DNA of 63,934 nt, the filler included, from an uncultured Methanosarcinales archaeon (GTDB taxonomy: Archaea; Nanobdellota; Nanobdellia; Woesearchaeales; DATDXC01): the NCBI GenBank assembly GCA_964510025.1. It is 3 parts of 3 records of this genome, joined end to end, with 100 filler letters (N's around TTAATTAATTAA, not from the genome) between each part and the next. Parts side by side here need not be neighbours in the genome. Positions count along the whole stretch, not along the records: positions 44,711 to 63,934 come from CAZDZV010000022.1; 2 more parts are not named here. One strand, given 5' to 3'. The notes beneath the pieces were generated by a model. The model worked only from the letters and a program-made list of their open reading frames with translations, did no database searches and was not told where the DNA came from. The position numbers were made by a program, and so were the translations under genes. How positions within the stretch are numbered: the stretch's first letter is position 1; the number at the start of each line of letters is the position of its first letter. Of the stretch, positions 51,601 through 60,367 are shown piece by piece.

Positions 51601-52051
51601 CAACAGGGACGGAATAGTTGACAGCTATGATTACTTTGCTTTGGCTGGAAAATCTGTCTCCTGTAAGGTAGAGGAATGGCGAGGATGTGAGCTTGGATAT
51701 GTTTCAGAAGAAATATGTGATGGTTTCGATAATGACTGCGACGGTCTGATAGATGAAGGTAGTTGTAGCTTAGTCCCCTGCTCAGAAGGGAGCGTACTGC
51801 CCTGCGGAACAGCAGTTGGCGAATGCAAAACAGGTATAAGGATCTGTTCTGTGGATGGGTGGAGCGGCTGCAGAGAAGAGATAAAGCCCATACCAGAATC
51901 ATGTGGAGATGGCCTGGATTCAGATTGCGATGGCCTGGAAGACCAGCTTGAAGCGATGTGCACGCCACCTGATTCTGTATTCACTGATTGGCTGTCTAAT
52001 CAGGAGCGTTTGGGCATTCTCGTAAAATATCTTTTGAAAAATGATCTATAA
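48635..52051 (+). CDS. Large secreted protein: beta-propeller/NHL repeats, Cys-rich EVCDGxDNDC metal-binding repeats, dockerin-like Ca loops
   Basis: Signal peptide; WPSDVAID, FPQGIDTD, YPFSIDV NHL blades; repeated E(V/I)CDGFDNDCxG; DVDHTGAVD and DINRDGIVD. Confidence 0.85.
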   Translation: MNKKDMSVLIILLLAPAILAYDWQIMNNGMPIDAGEHISTDGYALYKEQTIDENHNFVYFFDSEMLGKCMGRFNSEKRQWQIWSFQGWSSHPYLVAEPITYGHYVNDKMVLFNDPLYPGRFIGTSGSTMKSGLNKLDIHGSVYGLIFDMTDWLRYDNGIRYSKYTSTPVISSWGGASRDAYDFDFNGNIGIALGVYGHWGIKGRLMAALYHHQGNESLWQRWNNGKWNPITSFSNIPSDCSSVPDPEQPKYMEYYSPKVAYIQNSTEFLAVFNEIADNSIYSIKYNIEESLWYWWNGSSWMTGDDFDLRPVIDTDHSGRYKSLLSKKNGDVYLVYSKDYDYLAYHKVYYCIYNSSDSTWGSPRYLADASDYIVGLDHQDNLWFFYSDDFKIRLIKETENIMEEPEEIYQSRNSKLVSLGFKSGIPILLFSKDKRLFALSDADNDHWQGENQLILENKPPVHDIDKSKIEYLGKWDNDHDYERFSMPYGASPSGHMCIDSAGSIYSPRTPVCNVVIFHNSSINKTGWGGFWDYFSFPGGCAVDNAKGKVYITNYLVRGGGGMPTRNGRIEIFDKSRKTVDTYYRSSNLDFNKTYHPESSGNLHWPSDVAIDEESHLLYVSNSMGNEILKYDISQSPLRIGRIEDDFSFPQGIDTDQEGNLYVVDSYNSKIKKYDVNNNKIDEWGEPGRGAGQFIYPFSIDVENGRVYVTDPYNKRIQVFTKQGNYLYQWGEWNESLDFDDYIGSVVVSGDAVYMSAGDKIHLFRINNISEVPDYCTDLDRDGYFSDCGQADCDDHNAHVFPSNREVCDGFDNDCNGLIDENLYSTLGCSQEGICHGSHRTCADGAFGECHPAPRQEICNNVDEDCDGNTWFHLADGCDGADAFCLPDGELICLQPMDSCPNGLNSECDDFNDCTEDRCVNYSCFFTHIADIEDCYYCATGPYGDDMSIWGGLDVDHTGAVDNSDARGYFLQFYSTLTCNSSNRYCFYRDINRDGIVDSYDYFALAGKSVSCKVEEWRGCELGYVSEEICDGFDNDCDGLIDEGSCSLVPCSEGSVLPCGTAVGECKTGIRICSVDGWSGCREEIKPIPESCGDGLDSDCDGLEDQLEAMCTPPDSVFTDWLSNQERLGILVKYLLKNDL

Positions 52052-52259
52052 TACAAAAAACAGCCGTATGCCCACATTAGCCACTATACTTATGGTAGAG
52101 GATCTTCTTAAGCATCAGTCCAAACCAATCAGTCTTTCAAATATAAGAAAAAAGCTTCCTAAACAAGTCATGCATCAGACCCTGAAGGTGATCTTGTCTT
52201 ACCTTTGGCAGAGCAAAAAGATTGAATATACGCCTGAGGGAATAAGGTGGATACTGTGA
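52041..52259 (+). CDS. Small winged-helix-like DNA-binding protein
   Basis: PTLATILMVEDLL...LPKQVMHQTLKVILSYL..SKKI; overlaps both neighbours. Confidence 0.7.
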   Translation: MIYNTKNSRMPTLATILMVEDLLKHQSKPISLSNIRKKLPKQVMHQTLKVILSYLWQSKKIEYTPEGIRWIL

Positions 52260-54460
52260 CTGATATCTCAAGGGCATTTCCGGTGATCTCGCTGGTCATA
52301 CTTCTCTGTGGATCAGCTTTCTACATAAATTATTATCATAGCTGCAGCGAAGGAACCTGCACTTCTCTCATCGCCCAGGCTATCTCTGCAGACTGCAGCC
52401 TTGGGGAGAGCAGTCTCTGCGGAAACCATGTTTGCGAAGCTGGCGAAAATCTGATGAACTGCAAAGAAGACTGCCACCTGGTTGTTGTTCCCTCTGAACC
52501 AGAGTGTGGCGATGGGTTCTGCAACCTTAGGGGCGAATCCCATTTTGACTGCCCGGAAGACTGTACAGGAGACTACTATATCATCGATCACAACAGCCCG
52601 GAATGTGATGATAAGGGGCAAGGTACTCTTGAAGATCCGCTATGCTCGATATCAGAAGCGATAGACAGGATAAACTACGACCACATCGGGCCGGGCGACA
52701 CCATTTACCTGAGGGATGGCCAGCAGTACTTTCTTAGCAATCATAAGCTCTACAAGGGGGGAGAACCAGGCAGATACATTACTTTCAGGAATTACCCCAG
52801 TGAAACTCCGATTGTAGAGCTGGGTATTGAGTTCCAGACAGTCTGGACACTTGATAAATCTACAGAGATGTATAATATCTGGAAAGCAGCTGTCTCACCT
52901 TTTGGCCCGTATGATGAAGATGCTGCAGATTATCCCAGTGCCATTTTTGTGAACTTAGAGAATCCGCTTAGCAGGATGCTAAGCTATGATGACCTCACAG
53001 AATTTCTAGAGATTAAGGGAGTAGAAGGCGGCTTTGATGCTTATTTAATAGACTGTTCTGATGGGGATGTATACATTAGATTGCAGAATACGTCCATGGA
53101 TCCAAATGAAGAGAAGATTTACTACCATCAGTCATCAGGCCAGAACGAAAGGCGGTTCGTTATTAAAAATTCCTATATCCAGCTTATTGGGTTGACTATA
53201 CAGCATGGCTGGACAGCTGTCAAATTTGAGATCATGCTTGATGAATACAAAGGAAAACAGCCCTACCAGCAGCTAGTGCAGCATCTCAACATATATGACA
53301 ATACAATAAGAAGCACAAGAATGGCGATAAGCGACCATATACGGAACGAAGAGCATGACAATTTTATAGTGATATATAACAACACCTTCCTGAATATAGC
53401 GCCGGAAGTTGAGGTTGAAAGGCAGGAAGGCACTTTCAGAGGTGACTCCAGGACAAAGAAATGCCTATCCGAACTTGAGGCTGCAGATTGGTGGAGATAT
53501 GTATGCCAACGATGGGACCATGTGACTTACAGCTCCTCTTACGGTACATTGTTCTCCCATAACTATGTAGACACCGGCGGCACAAAGACAGCTGTCATAA
53601 TGAACAAGAATTGGGAGGTAAGCAACAATATAATAATTGGTGATCTCAGGACAGCAGACTCAAGCTCTCAGGGCTTTGTGAGGATCCACAATAATATTAT
53701 AGAAAATCAGCAGGGATATGTGCTCTACCTGGTCCATGGGCAGCTTGATGCAGAGGTCTTCAACAATATCATCATAGGCAACGGAACTGCATACTGGCGC
53801 ACCATCCTGATGGGGGCTGGCGCCAAAGCTGGAGATCCGAAAAATATTGAATTCAAGAATAATATTGTGGTGGACAATTCAGGCTCAGATATGGTATGCA
53901 TAGAGATATGGCATGAGGGTAGCTATGATTTCGACAACAATGTATATGTCGGATGCAAGAGATGGAGAAACTGGATAAATCTAGGGGATATCCTGGCTGA
54001 TCCTGAGTGGATGCAACTTTTTGCAGGAGATCTTCTGGAAGGCAAATCTCTGGAAGAATGGAGAGCGATCATAGGGGGAGAAACCGAATCATTTACAGCA
54101 TCTATGAAAGAGGTGTTCGAAGATTACGATAATAGTGACTACAGGCCGCCATCTGGCAGCAGGCTTATAGCATCTGGCGAATGCCTGCTTCCGGTTGATA
54201 TAGAAGGCAGGCAGAGAGGCAGCTGTGATATAGGGCCTTACACCACATGCGGCAACGCCGTTTGCCAGGATCAAGAAGATGCAAGAAACTGTCCTCAAGA
54301 CTGCATCCCACTTACAGCGCTGGACCACATATTCCAGTGGGTATACGATGCCAAGACTATGCGCGAGATCTTTATTTTCCTGTCAGACCAGACAGGCTAC
54401 GGCAGGATATTTGCTTCAGATTCAGGATGCCATGGCCTATTTGGCTGTATCTTTGAATAG
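52247..54460 (+). CDS. Secreted right-handed parallel beta-helix protein with Cys-rich repeats
   Basis: N-terminal TM, CGNxxCE..E...CxEDC repeats, GTLEDP..SI..A...PGDTIYLRDG, many NN(I/T)I repeats. Confidence 0.8.
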   Translation: MDTVTDISRAFPVISLVILLCGSAFYINYYHSCSEGTCTSLIAQAISADCSLGESSLCGNHVCEAGENLMNCKEDCHLVVVPSEPECGDGFCNLRGESHFDCPEDCTGDYYIIDHNSPECDDKGQGTLEDPLCSISEAIDRINYDHIGPGDTIYLRDGQQYFLSNHKLYKGGEPGRYITFRNYPSETPIVELGIEFQTVWTLDKSTEMYNIWKAAVSPFGPYDEDAADYPSAIFVNLENPLSRMLSYDDLTEFLEIKGVEGGFDAYLIDCSDGDVYIRLQNTSMDPNEEKIYYHQSSGQNERRFVIKNSYIQLIGLTIQHGWTAVKFEIMLDEYKGKQPYQQLVQHLNIYDNTIRSTRMAISDHIRNEEHDNFIVIYNNTFLNIAPEVEVERQEGTFRGDSRTKKCLSELEAADWWRYVCQRWDHVTYSSSYGTLFSHNYVDTGGTKTAVIMNKNWEVSNNIIIGDLRTADSSSQGFVRIHNNIIENQQGYVLYLVHGQLDAEVFNNIIIGNGTAYWRTILMGAGAKAGDPKNIEFKNNIVVDNSGSDMVCIEIWHEGSYDFDNNVYVGCKRWRNWINLGDILADPEWMQLFAGDLLEGKSLEEWRAIIGGETESFTASMKEVFEDYDNSDYRPPSGSRLIASGECLLPVDIEGRQRGSCDIGPYTTCGNAVCQDQEDARNCPQDCIPLTALDHIFQWVYDAKTMREIFIFLSDQTGYGRIFASDSGCHGLFGCIFE

Positions 54461-55654
54461 CTCCCTGATAAAGGCATCTCCTTCCAGAAGCCCGTAGCTG
54501 CCCTTTGCGCAAGAAAGCTCGTCAAATGCCTGCACATTGTCTGGTTTCTGCTGCCTGTCATATATAGCAAAAGGCACTGGATCATCCACATGCTTGCCCA
54601 GTTCAACAGGAGTTGGATGGTCAGGCAAAACTGCAACCCTAACATCATCTTTAATTGCCCTTAGCTTTTCTAAGACTCTACTCAAAAGCCTTTTATCAAA
54701 ATCTTCAATGCACTTTATCTTTAGTTTTAGATTACCTTCATGGCTTGCTTCGTCGCATGCCTCTACATGCAGGTATAGTAGATCATGGTCCTCAAGAGCC
54801 TCTATGCAGGCATCTGCCTTCCCCTCATAGTTTGTATTGTATAGGCCTGTAGCCCCTTCAACATTTATTACATCCATGCCCGCATATACGGCAATGCCTT
54901 TAATAAGGTCGACTGCAGATATTACTGCTCCCTGCTTGTTGTACATCTCCCTGAACAGCCTCATATGCGGCCTCTTTCCCGGCGACCAGGGCCATATCAT
55001 GTTTGCCGGGTCCTTTCCCTCCTTCATCCTCTTCATGTTGACAGGATGCTTCTCTAACAGCATCTTAGAATCCATCATCAGCTTGTTGAGCAAGGCAGCT
55101 GTCTCTTCCCCTGCTTTTGAGGTTGCCTTAACCATCATTTTTGCCACGCTCTCGCCTACATGGTCATGAGGGGCCATGCATTTTATCGCTGTGTTGTATC
55201 GTCCCTTAAGCACAAGAACATGCCTATAGCTTACTCCGGGATAGAACTTGACCTTGTCATTGCCGAGTGCCTGGTCCAGCGCCCTTATAAGCTCGTGGCT
55301 TTCCGTATCTGAGATGTGGCCGGCAGAATGGTTCTTTATCTTTCCATCTTTGATGCATAATGTATTGCACCTTAAAGCCACATCATGATTTTCCAGCTTA
55401 ATCCCCATAGCTGCTGCTTCCAGTACGCCTCTGCCCTGGAACACCTTTCTTGGGTCATAGCCCATTATGGAGAGATTGCCGACTGCTGAGCCTGTATTGA
55501 ATCTGGCAGGGATTGTCCTGAACATCCCGCACCTGCCCTTTCTGGCCAGAAGGTCAATGTTCGGCTTTCTGGCTGCCATAAGAGGTGTCTTGCCCCCTAG
55601 TCCTCTGACAGGATAGTCTGCTGCGCCATCCAGGACCAAGATCACATATTTCAT
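54437..55654 (-). CDS. apgM: ApgM-family metalloenzyme (cofactor-independent phosphoglycerate mutase-like; proposed homoserine kinase subfamily)
   Basis: DGAAD, GKTPL, TGSAVGNLSIMGYDP, GRGVLEA, DEASH, DHPTP; directly downstream of thrC. Confidence 0.9.
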   Translation of the reverse strand: MKYVILVLDGAADYPVRGLGGKTPLMAARKPNIDLLARKGRCGMFRTIPARFNTGSAVGNLSIMGYDPRKVFQGRGVLEAAAMGIKLENHDVALRCNTLCIKDGKIKNHSAGHISDTESHELIRALDQALGNDKVKFYPGVSYRHVLVLKGRYNTAIKCMAPHDHVGESVAKMMVKATSKAGEETAALLNKLMMDSKMLLEKHPVNMKRMKEGKDPANMIWPWSPGKRPHMRLFREMYNKQGAVISAVDLIKGIAVYAGMDVINVEGATGLYNTNYEGKADACIEALEDHDLLYLHVEACDEASHEGNLKLKIKCIEDFDKRLLSRVLEKLRAIKDDVRVAVLPDHPTPVELGKHVDDPVPFAIYDRQQKPDNVQAFDELSCAKGSYGLLEGDAFIRELFKDTAK

Positions 55655-55698
55655 ATCTATCGGTGTTTTTATGGAATATTTATAAATCTTTGGAAGAA

Positions 55699-57051
55699 CT
55701 ATTGCAATACGGTTTTTTTAAATTTAGAATAGTCATTGTCTATTATAACAAAGTATTCTTCCTTTCCATCAAGCTTTGCTAATGCCTTGGGCACTTTAGG
55801 TTCTATGCCAAGCACAGCTTCGATCTGCTCTGGAAATTTTGCAGGGTCTGCCGTCTCCAGCGCAACCTTTACGCCGTCGATCTGAGCCTTCTGCAATGCC
55901 GCATATGCCACAGCGCCATGAGGCTCAAGGATTATTCCATGCTCATCATACGCTTCTTTTATGGTCTCGTTTACCTCACTGTCAGAGATGCCATAGCTGA
56001 TGAAGTCATTCCTAAGCTTCTGCATATCTGGCTTTCGCTTAAGCACACCTTTTTCAGTTACCTCTCCTTTTTCATTCCTTTCATCTGTAAGCCAGCCGCC
56101 ATACATGTCGATGAGCCTGGCTAGATTGCTCGGATGACCAACATTCATGGCATTTGAGCTGCAGTTTCTGGATGGCACTATAGGCACATAGATCCCTGAC
56201 TTCAGGAAAAGAGGGAACTCATCATTCTCATTCACCCCTACCACAAACTTCCTTATCGGGATGCCCATCTCCCTTGCAAATACTCCGCCCATAAGGTTTC
56301 CAAAATTGCCGCATGGTACTGAAAAGGTGATATCCTTTTCTGAAACCCTGGAATATGCATACACATAATACACTATCTGGGGCAGAAGCCTTCCAAAATT
56401 TATCGAATTTGCCGATGTAAGATGCAGCTCATCCAGCTGATTATCATTGAATGCCCTCTTCACTATGGCCTGGCAGTCGTCGAAAGTCCCTCTGACAGCT
56501 ATCGCCCTGACATTCTTGCCTAATGTGGTCATCTGCCTTCGCTGCCTGTCTGTAACCTCCTTCTCAGGGAACAGCACCGTCACATTGATGTTCTCAAAGC
56601 CATAGAAAGCGTCTGCTACAGCCCCGCCTGTATCGCCAGAAGTTGCCACGAGCACAGTAAGGGTTTTGCTCTCCCTTTTTGCAAAATAGTCCATGAGCCG
56701 GGCCATGAGCCTTGCTGCAAAATCCTTGAAAGATGCTGTAGGCCCTCTGTCCAGCCTCATGATATAGAGATGGTCCATTACCTTTTCCAGCGGTACATCA
56801 AAGTTGTAGGACTCCTTGCAAAGCCTCTTCAGTGCCTCTTCCTCAATCTCATCCCCTATGAAGCTGCGCAATATCTCAAAAGCTATCTGATGGTACCCCA
56901 TTTTTCTGAATCCTGCTATATCCTCTTTCCTGAGCCTGGGGATGCTCATAGGCATATATAGCCCATAGTCTGGAGCCTGGCCCCTAAGCAAAGCCTGCTT
57001 GAAGCTCACTGTTTCAGATGCATTATTTGTGCTTCGAAACTCGATGCTCAT
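55699..57051 (-). CDS. thrC: Threonine synthase
   Basis: RSTN, GQAPDYGLYMP, GPTASFKDFAAR (PLP lysine), ATSGDTG, SANSINFGRL, PCGNFGN, EPHGAV, TADPAKF. Confidence 0.95.
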   Translation of the reverse strand: MSIEFRSTNNASETVSFKQALLRGQAPDYGLYMPMSIPRLRKEDIAGFRKMGYHQIAFEILRSFIGDEIEEEALKRLCKESYNFDVPLEKVMDHLYIMRLDRGPTASFKDFAARLMARLMDYFAKRESKTLTVLVATSGDTGGAVADAFYGFENINVTVLFPEKEVTDRQRRQMTTLGKNVRAIAVRGTFDDCQAIVKRAFNDNQLDELHLTSANSINFGRLLPQIVYYVYAYSRVSEKDITFSVPCGNFGNLMGGVFAREMGIPIRKFVVGVNENDEFPLFLKSGIYVPIVPSRNCSSNAMNVGHPSNLARLIDMYGGWLTDERNEKGEVTEKGVLKRKPDMQKLRNDFISYGISDSEVNETIKEAYDEHGIILEPHGAVAYAALQKAQIDGVKVALETADPAKFPEQIEAVLGIEPKVPKALAKLDGKEEYFVIIDNDYSKFKKTVLQ

Positions 57052-57146
57052 CAACCATTCATAACAACAGATTTTATTTAAACTTTGTTCTTTTCCACAG
57101 AAAAGTTTATATATACTTTCAATATAGACAGCCTTGGGGTGGTCAA

Positions 57147-57350
57147 ATGGCAAAAAAAACCGCATTAGACTGGATAGCATTTGTTTTGGTGATAGTGGGC
57201 GGCCTTAACTGGGGCCTGGTCGGTCTTTTCAACGGATTCGACCTGGTTGAATGGCTGCTGGGCGCTGTGCCTGTCCTGAGGGACATCGTGTATGTTTTGG
57301 TTGGACTGGCAGCTCTGTATATGATATATTACGCATCCAAGAAAAAATAA
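57147..57350 (+). CDS. DUF378 small membrane protein
   Basis: LVIVGGLNWGLVGLF...DLV...IVYVLVGLAALY. Confidence 0.92.
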   Translation: MAKKTALDWIAFVLVIVGGLNWGLVGLFNGFDLVEWLLGAVPVLRDIVYVLVGLAALYMIYYASKKK

Positions 57351-58145
57351 TCAACACAACTCAACCAATATTTTTGCACCGAGCTTAGTGGTAAGGTTAT
57401 TGACATCTCTCTTCGGGTTGATCTCGACAAGGTCAAAGGCCTTTAGGTTTCTAATATTCTTTAGGCGGTGCAGCATGAACAGCAGCTCCCTGGTTGTCAG
57501 TCCTCCTGGCTCGATATAGCCTGTGCCAGGGGCAAATGCAGGATCCAGCACATCAACATCGATGCTCACATACAGTGAATCAAACCCCCTTGCTACAGCC
57601 ATCATGGACTCAGATATCTCCTGCAGCCCCTCTCTTGCGATCTCCTTCATAGGGAAGTATTTGATCTTATTTTTCCGGATAAACTCAATCTCATTCTTAT
57701 CCCAGTTTCTTATGCCCACTATGAGGATGTTCTCTTTTTTTATCACATCCTGGTTGACCAGGGCACACAGCAGATCCTCCTGGGTTGGCGGCATAAAATC
57801 GTTTTCAGCATCCGGATGGGCATCGAATATTATGATCCCGGGATTTCTCGGGTACACTTCTGAAAAAGCCCTTACCAGAGGGAAGGTGATCGAATGGTCG
57901 CCTCCTAAGAACATGGGCCTTAAGGTGCTATGCAGTACCTCTTTGGCCTTGCAGTAGATATTTTCGTTGGTCTCGTCGATATTCCCGTTTATGACTTCTA
58001 TCTCCTCCTGCTCAAAGACAGGCATGCAGCCATCTTCTGAAAAAAACAGCTCGTTTGTCTGCTTCATAACTTCAGCAGGAGCGAGCTCTGTGCCCTTTCC
58101 TTTGTCCATGCCCCCTAATGAGGATGGGATCCTGATCACTTTCAT
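57351..58145 (-). CDS. Arginase/agmatinase (ureohydrolase) family protein
   Basis: GGDHSIT, DAHPD, SIDVDVLDPAFAPGTGYIEPGG, VEINP. Confidence 0.92.
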   Translation of the reverse strand: MKVIRIPSSLGGMDKGKGTELAPAEVMKQTNELFFSEDGCMPVFEQEEIEVINGNIDETNENIYCKAKEVLHSTLRPMFLGGDHSITFPLVRAFSEVYPRNPGIIIFDAHPDAENDFMPPTQEDLLCALVNQDVIKKENILIVGIRNWDKNEIEFIRKNKIKYFPMKEIAREGLQEISESMMAVARGFDSLYVSIDVDVLDPAFAPGTGYIEPGGLTTRELLFMLHRLKNIRNLKAFDLVEINPKRDVNNLTTKLGAKILVELC

Positions 58146-58196
58146 TGCCTGTAGGTATTTATTATTTTTTTATAAATATTCGCATCAGTTAGCTTT

Positions 58197-58228
58197 ACGG
58201 GAATTAACCATTCCAGAATAAAAACATT
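58197..58228 (+). repeat. 32-bp direct repeat, copy 1
   Basis: ACGGGAATTAACCATTCCAGAATAAAAACATT; 31/32 identical to 59026-59057. Confidence 0.9.
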
Positions 58229-58256
58229 AATATTGTTCATTTGATTACTTTCCAAT

Positions 58257-59036
58257 ATGCCGCCACTTACTGATATGCCGCCACTTACTGAAATCATTAA
58301 AACCACATTACAGGCCAGTACCGGAACAGAATGGACCCATATCGGTGATGGGCAGGAAGCTTATGTTTTTTCATCACAGCCAGGGGCAGTTCAGGGCCCG
58401 ATCAATAGGATATCAAATAACAGAATGATAACAGTTGCAAGAAGGGTGGTGGCTTGGGATGCCGCTGGAGGCTGGCCAACATCAACCCAGCATCAATACA
58501 TGTTCTTCAAAAACCTTTTCATGTACCTGCTTGACCGAAGTGCAGTTCAGCATGGGACTTATTCAGAAAGCCATATACCCCTTCCCCTGGGGATGTTTAT
58601 GCTTCCAGGAATAAAAGGCCACAGCTATCAATATGTTGAAGGCACAGAAGGATGGCCTACAGTATATTACGATGAGGGATATCACAAAACACAGACTCAA
58701 TTCCGCGAATGGGATGATTTTGCAGGCCTTTTCAATAAATTTGGGTTTAGTGTTGGCCATGATATAGCAGACGCTTCGGGCGGAGACGTAGGGAAAAATA
58801 TTATCTACAGACCAGAAGAAGGATTGGAAGAAGGAGACCTTGGAAAGCATTGGAAAAGGATTGATTTAGGCAGCACAAGCCTTCCGTTGGATAAGCACAA
58901 GCTAACTGCCGAAGGATCTGGCTTGAGCGGCCTCATTGGTTTATGCGCAGATTATCTAATTGAAGGAGGAAAACCATCTCACCAGCTTCTGGGACAAGCC
59001 CAAGATTATGTTGCCCGTAATCTTAACGGGAATTAA
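58257..59036 (+). CDS. Hypothetical protein with protein-kinase-like motifs
   Basis: IGDGQEAYVF (Gly loop), HD...KNIIY (catalytic-loop-like), KRIDLG (DFG-like); starts with tandem MPPLTD/MPPLTE. Confidence 0.6.
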   Translation: MPPLTDMPPLTEIIKTTLQASTGTEWTHIGDGQEAYVFSSQPGAVQGPINRISNNRMITVARRVVAWDAAGGWPTSTQHQYMFFKNLFMYLLDRSAVQHGTYSESHIPLPLGMFMLPGIKGHSYQYVEGTEGWPTVYYDEGYHKTQTQFREWDDFAGLFNKFGFSVGHDIADASGGDVGKNIIYRPEEGLEEGDLGKHWKRIDLGSTSLPLDKHKLTAEGSGLSGLIGLCADYLIEGGKPSHQLLGQAQDYVARNLNGN

Positions 59037-59057
59037 CCATTCCAGAATAGAAACATT
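59026..59057 (+). repeat. 32-bp direct repeat, copy 2
   Basis: ACGGGAATTAACCATTCCAGAATAGAAACATT; overlaps the stop codon of the kinase-like gene. Confidence 0.9.
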
Positions 59058-59109
59058 TAAATAGATTTCAATTATTTAACATTATATAAAATATAAGGGG
59101 GGATATAAA

Positions 59110-60366
59110 ATGGTTGCATATCAGGCACCTTTGTTTTCTATGGTTCCTATGCTGAGGGCTGCTGAAGAAAGGTCATTGAGCGGAGCACCTTGCGCAATTG
59201 GAGCATATAATGTGAATTTCTATGCACAGGCTTTGGGCATATTAAGAGGGTTGATGGAGGCTGAGGCTCCTGGGGTTATCCAGGCCAGTGCAGGAGCATG
59301 CAGCTTTACAGGCGGTCCTGCTGTTGTCAGGGAGATATTGTTGAGAGCATGCAAGGATGCGCAATATCAGGGCATGTTTGCATTGCATCTTGATCACGGC
59401 AATGAAGAGACTGCCAGGCAATGCATCGATGCAAGATTCTCTTCAGTCATGATCGACGCTTCAGGCAAAAAACATAACTATAAAGACCTGCCTGAAGGTA
59501 AACAGGAATATACAGTCATAGAAAATTTTGCTGCGACCGAAGCTGTAACATCTATGGCCCATGCATTAGGCATCAGTACAGAAGGTGAACTGGGTCAGCT
59601 CGCTGGTGTCGAGGGCTGGGTAGAGCACAAAGAATCGAAGTATACAGATCCGGTGATTGTCCCTGCTTTCTTCAGGCTGACCGGAGCAGACGCATGCGCC
59701 ATCTCATACGGAACATCGCATGGCGCGTTTAAAGGAGAGACTGACAAGGTCAAGACTGCAATCCTGTCTCAGGTCTATCAGATGCTTTATGCGTATAGAA
59801 TGAACCTAAATCATTTCTTGGTCAGCCATGGCTCTTCAACAGTTCCTCCGGAAGCTATCGCCAGGATAGAACAGCATGGCGGAGATTTTGGCGATAAGAA
59901 ACCGCAGGGCATGCATGAAGGCGTGTTGAGGCAGGCAGTTGCTGCTGGTGCCAGAAAGGTCAACATAGACACAGATCTCAGGCTTTGGATGACAGCATAC
60001 GCAAGGCAGCAGATATTTACAGACAATCCAGGATGGGCAGATGCCTCAGAAAGGATCGGCCTGATGAAAAGGATATTCACAGGAGAGATTGAAGCAAGAT
60101 CAAAAGGCAAGGTAGTGCCGCAAGGTGAGATAACAGATCCCAGGAGCTGGTTGCAGCCGCTTATAGATCAGGATGCAGCAAGCCTGACAGAAGATTACCA
60201 TAATACAGGAGACGAGCCGTTCATTGCCCTCATGGACGGGATAGTGGATATTGTCAGCGCGCATGTTGCAAGATTATCTGCTGATGTATTCGGTGGCCAA
60301 GGACTTGTCAATCATGTGGACAGAACATTGACGCTGGAACAGATGGCAAAAGCCTATCGGTCTTGA
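59110..60366 (+). CDS. fba: Class II fructose-bisphosphate aldolase (divergent, extended C-terminus)
   Basis: GAYNVN, HLDHG, SVMIDAS, EGELG, AISYGTSHG, HGSS, KVNIDTD. Confidence 0.9.
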   Translation: MVAYQAPLFSMVPMLRAAEERSLSGAPCAIGAYNVNFYAQALGILRGLMEAEAPGVIQASAGACSFTGGPAVVREILLRACKDAQYQGMFALHLDHGNEETARQCIDARFSSVMIDASGKKHNYKDLPEGKQEYTVIENFAATEAVTSMAHALGISTEGELGQLAGVEGWVEHKESKYTDPVIVPAFFRLTGADACAISYGTSHGAFKGETDKVKTAILSQVYQMLYAYRMNLNHFLVSHGSSTVPPEAIARIEQHGGDFGDKKPQGMHEGVLRQAVAAGARKVNIDTDLRLWMTAYARQQIFTDNPGWADASERIGLMKRIFTGEIEARSKGKVVPQGEITDPRSWLQPLIDQDAASLTEDYHNTGDEPFIALMDGIVDIVSAHVARLSADVFGGQGLVNHVDRTLTLEQMAKAYRS

Positions 60367-60367
60367 T

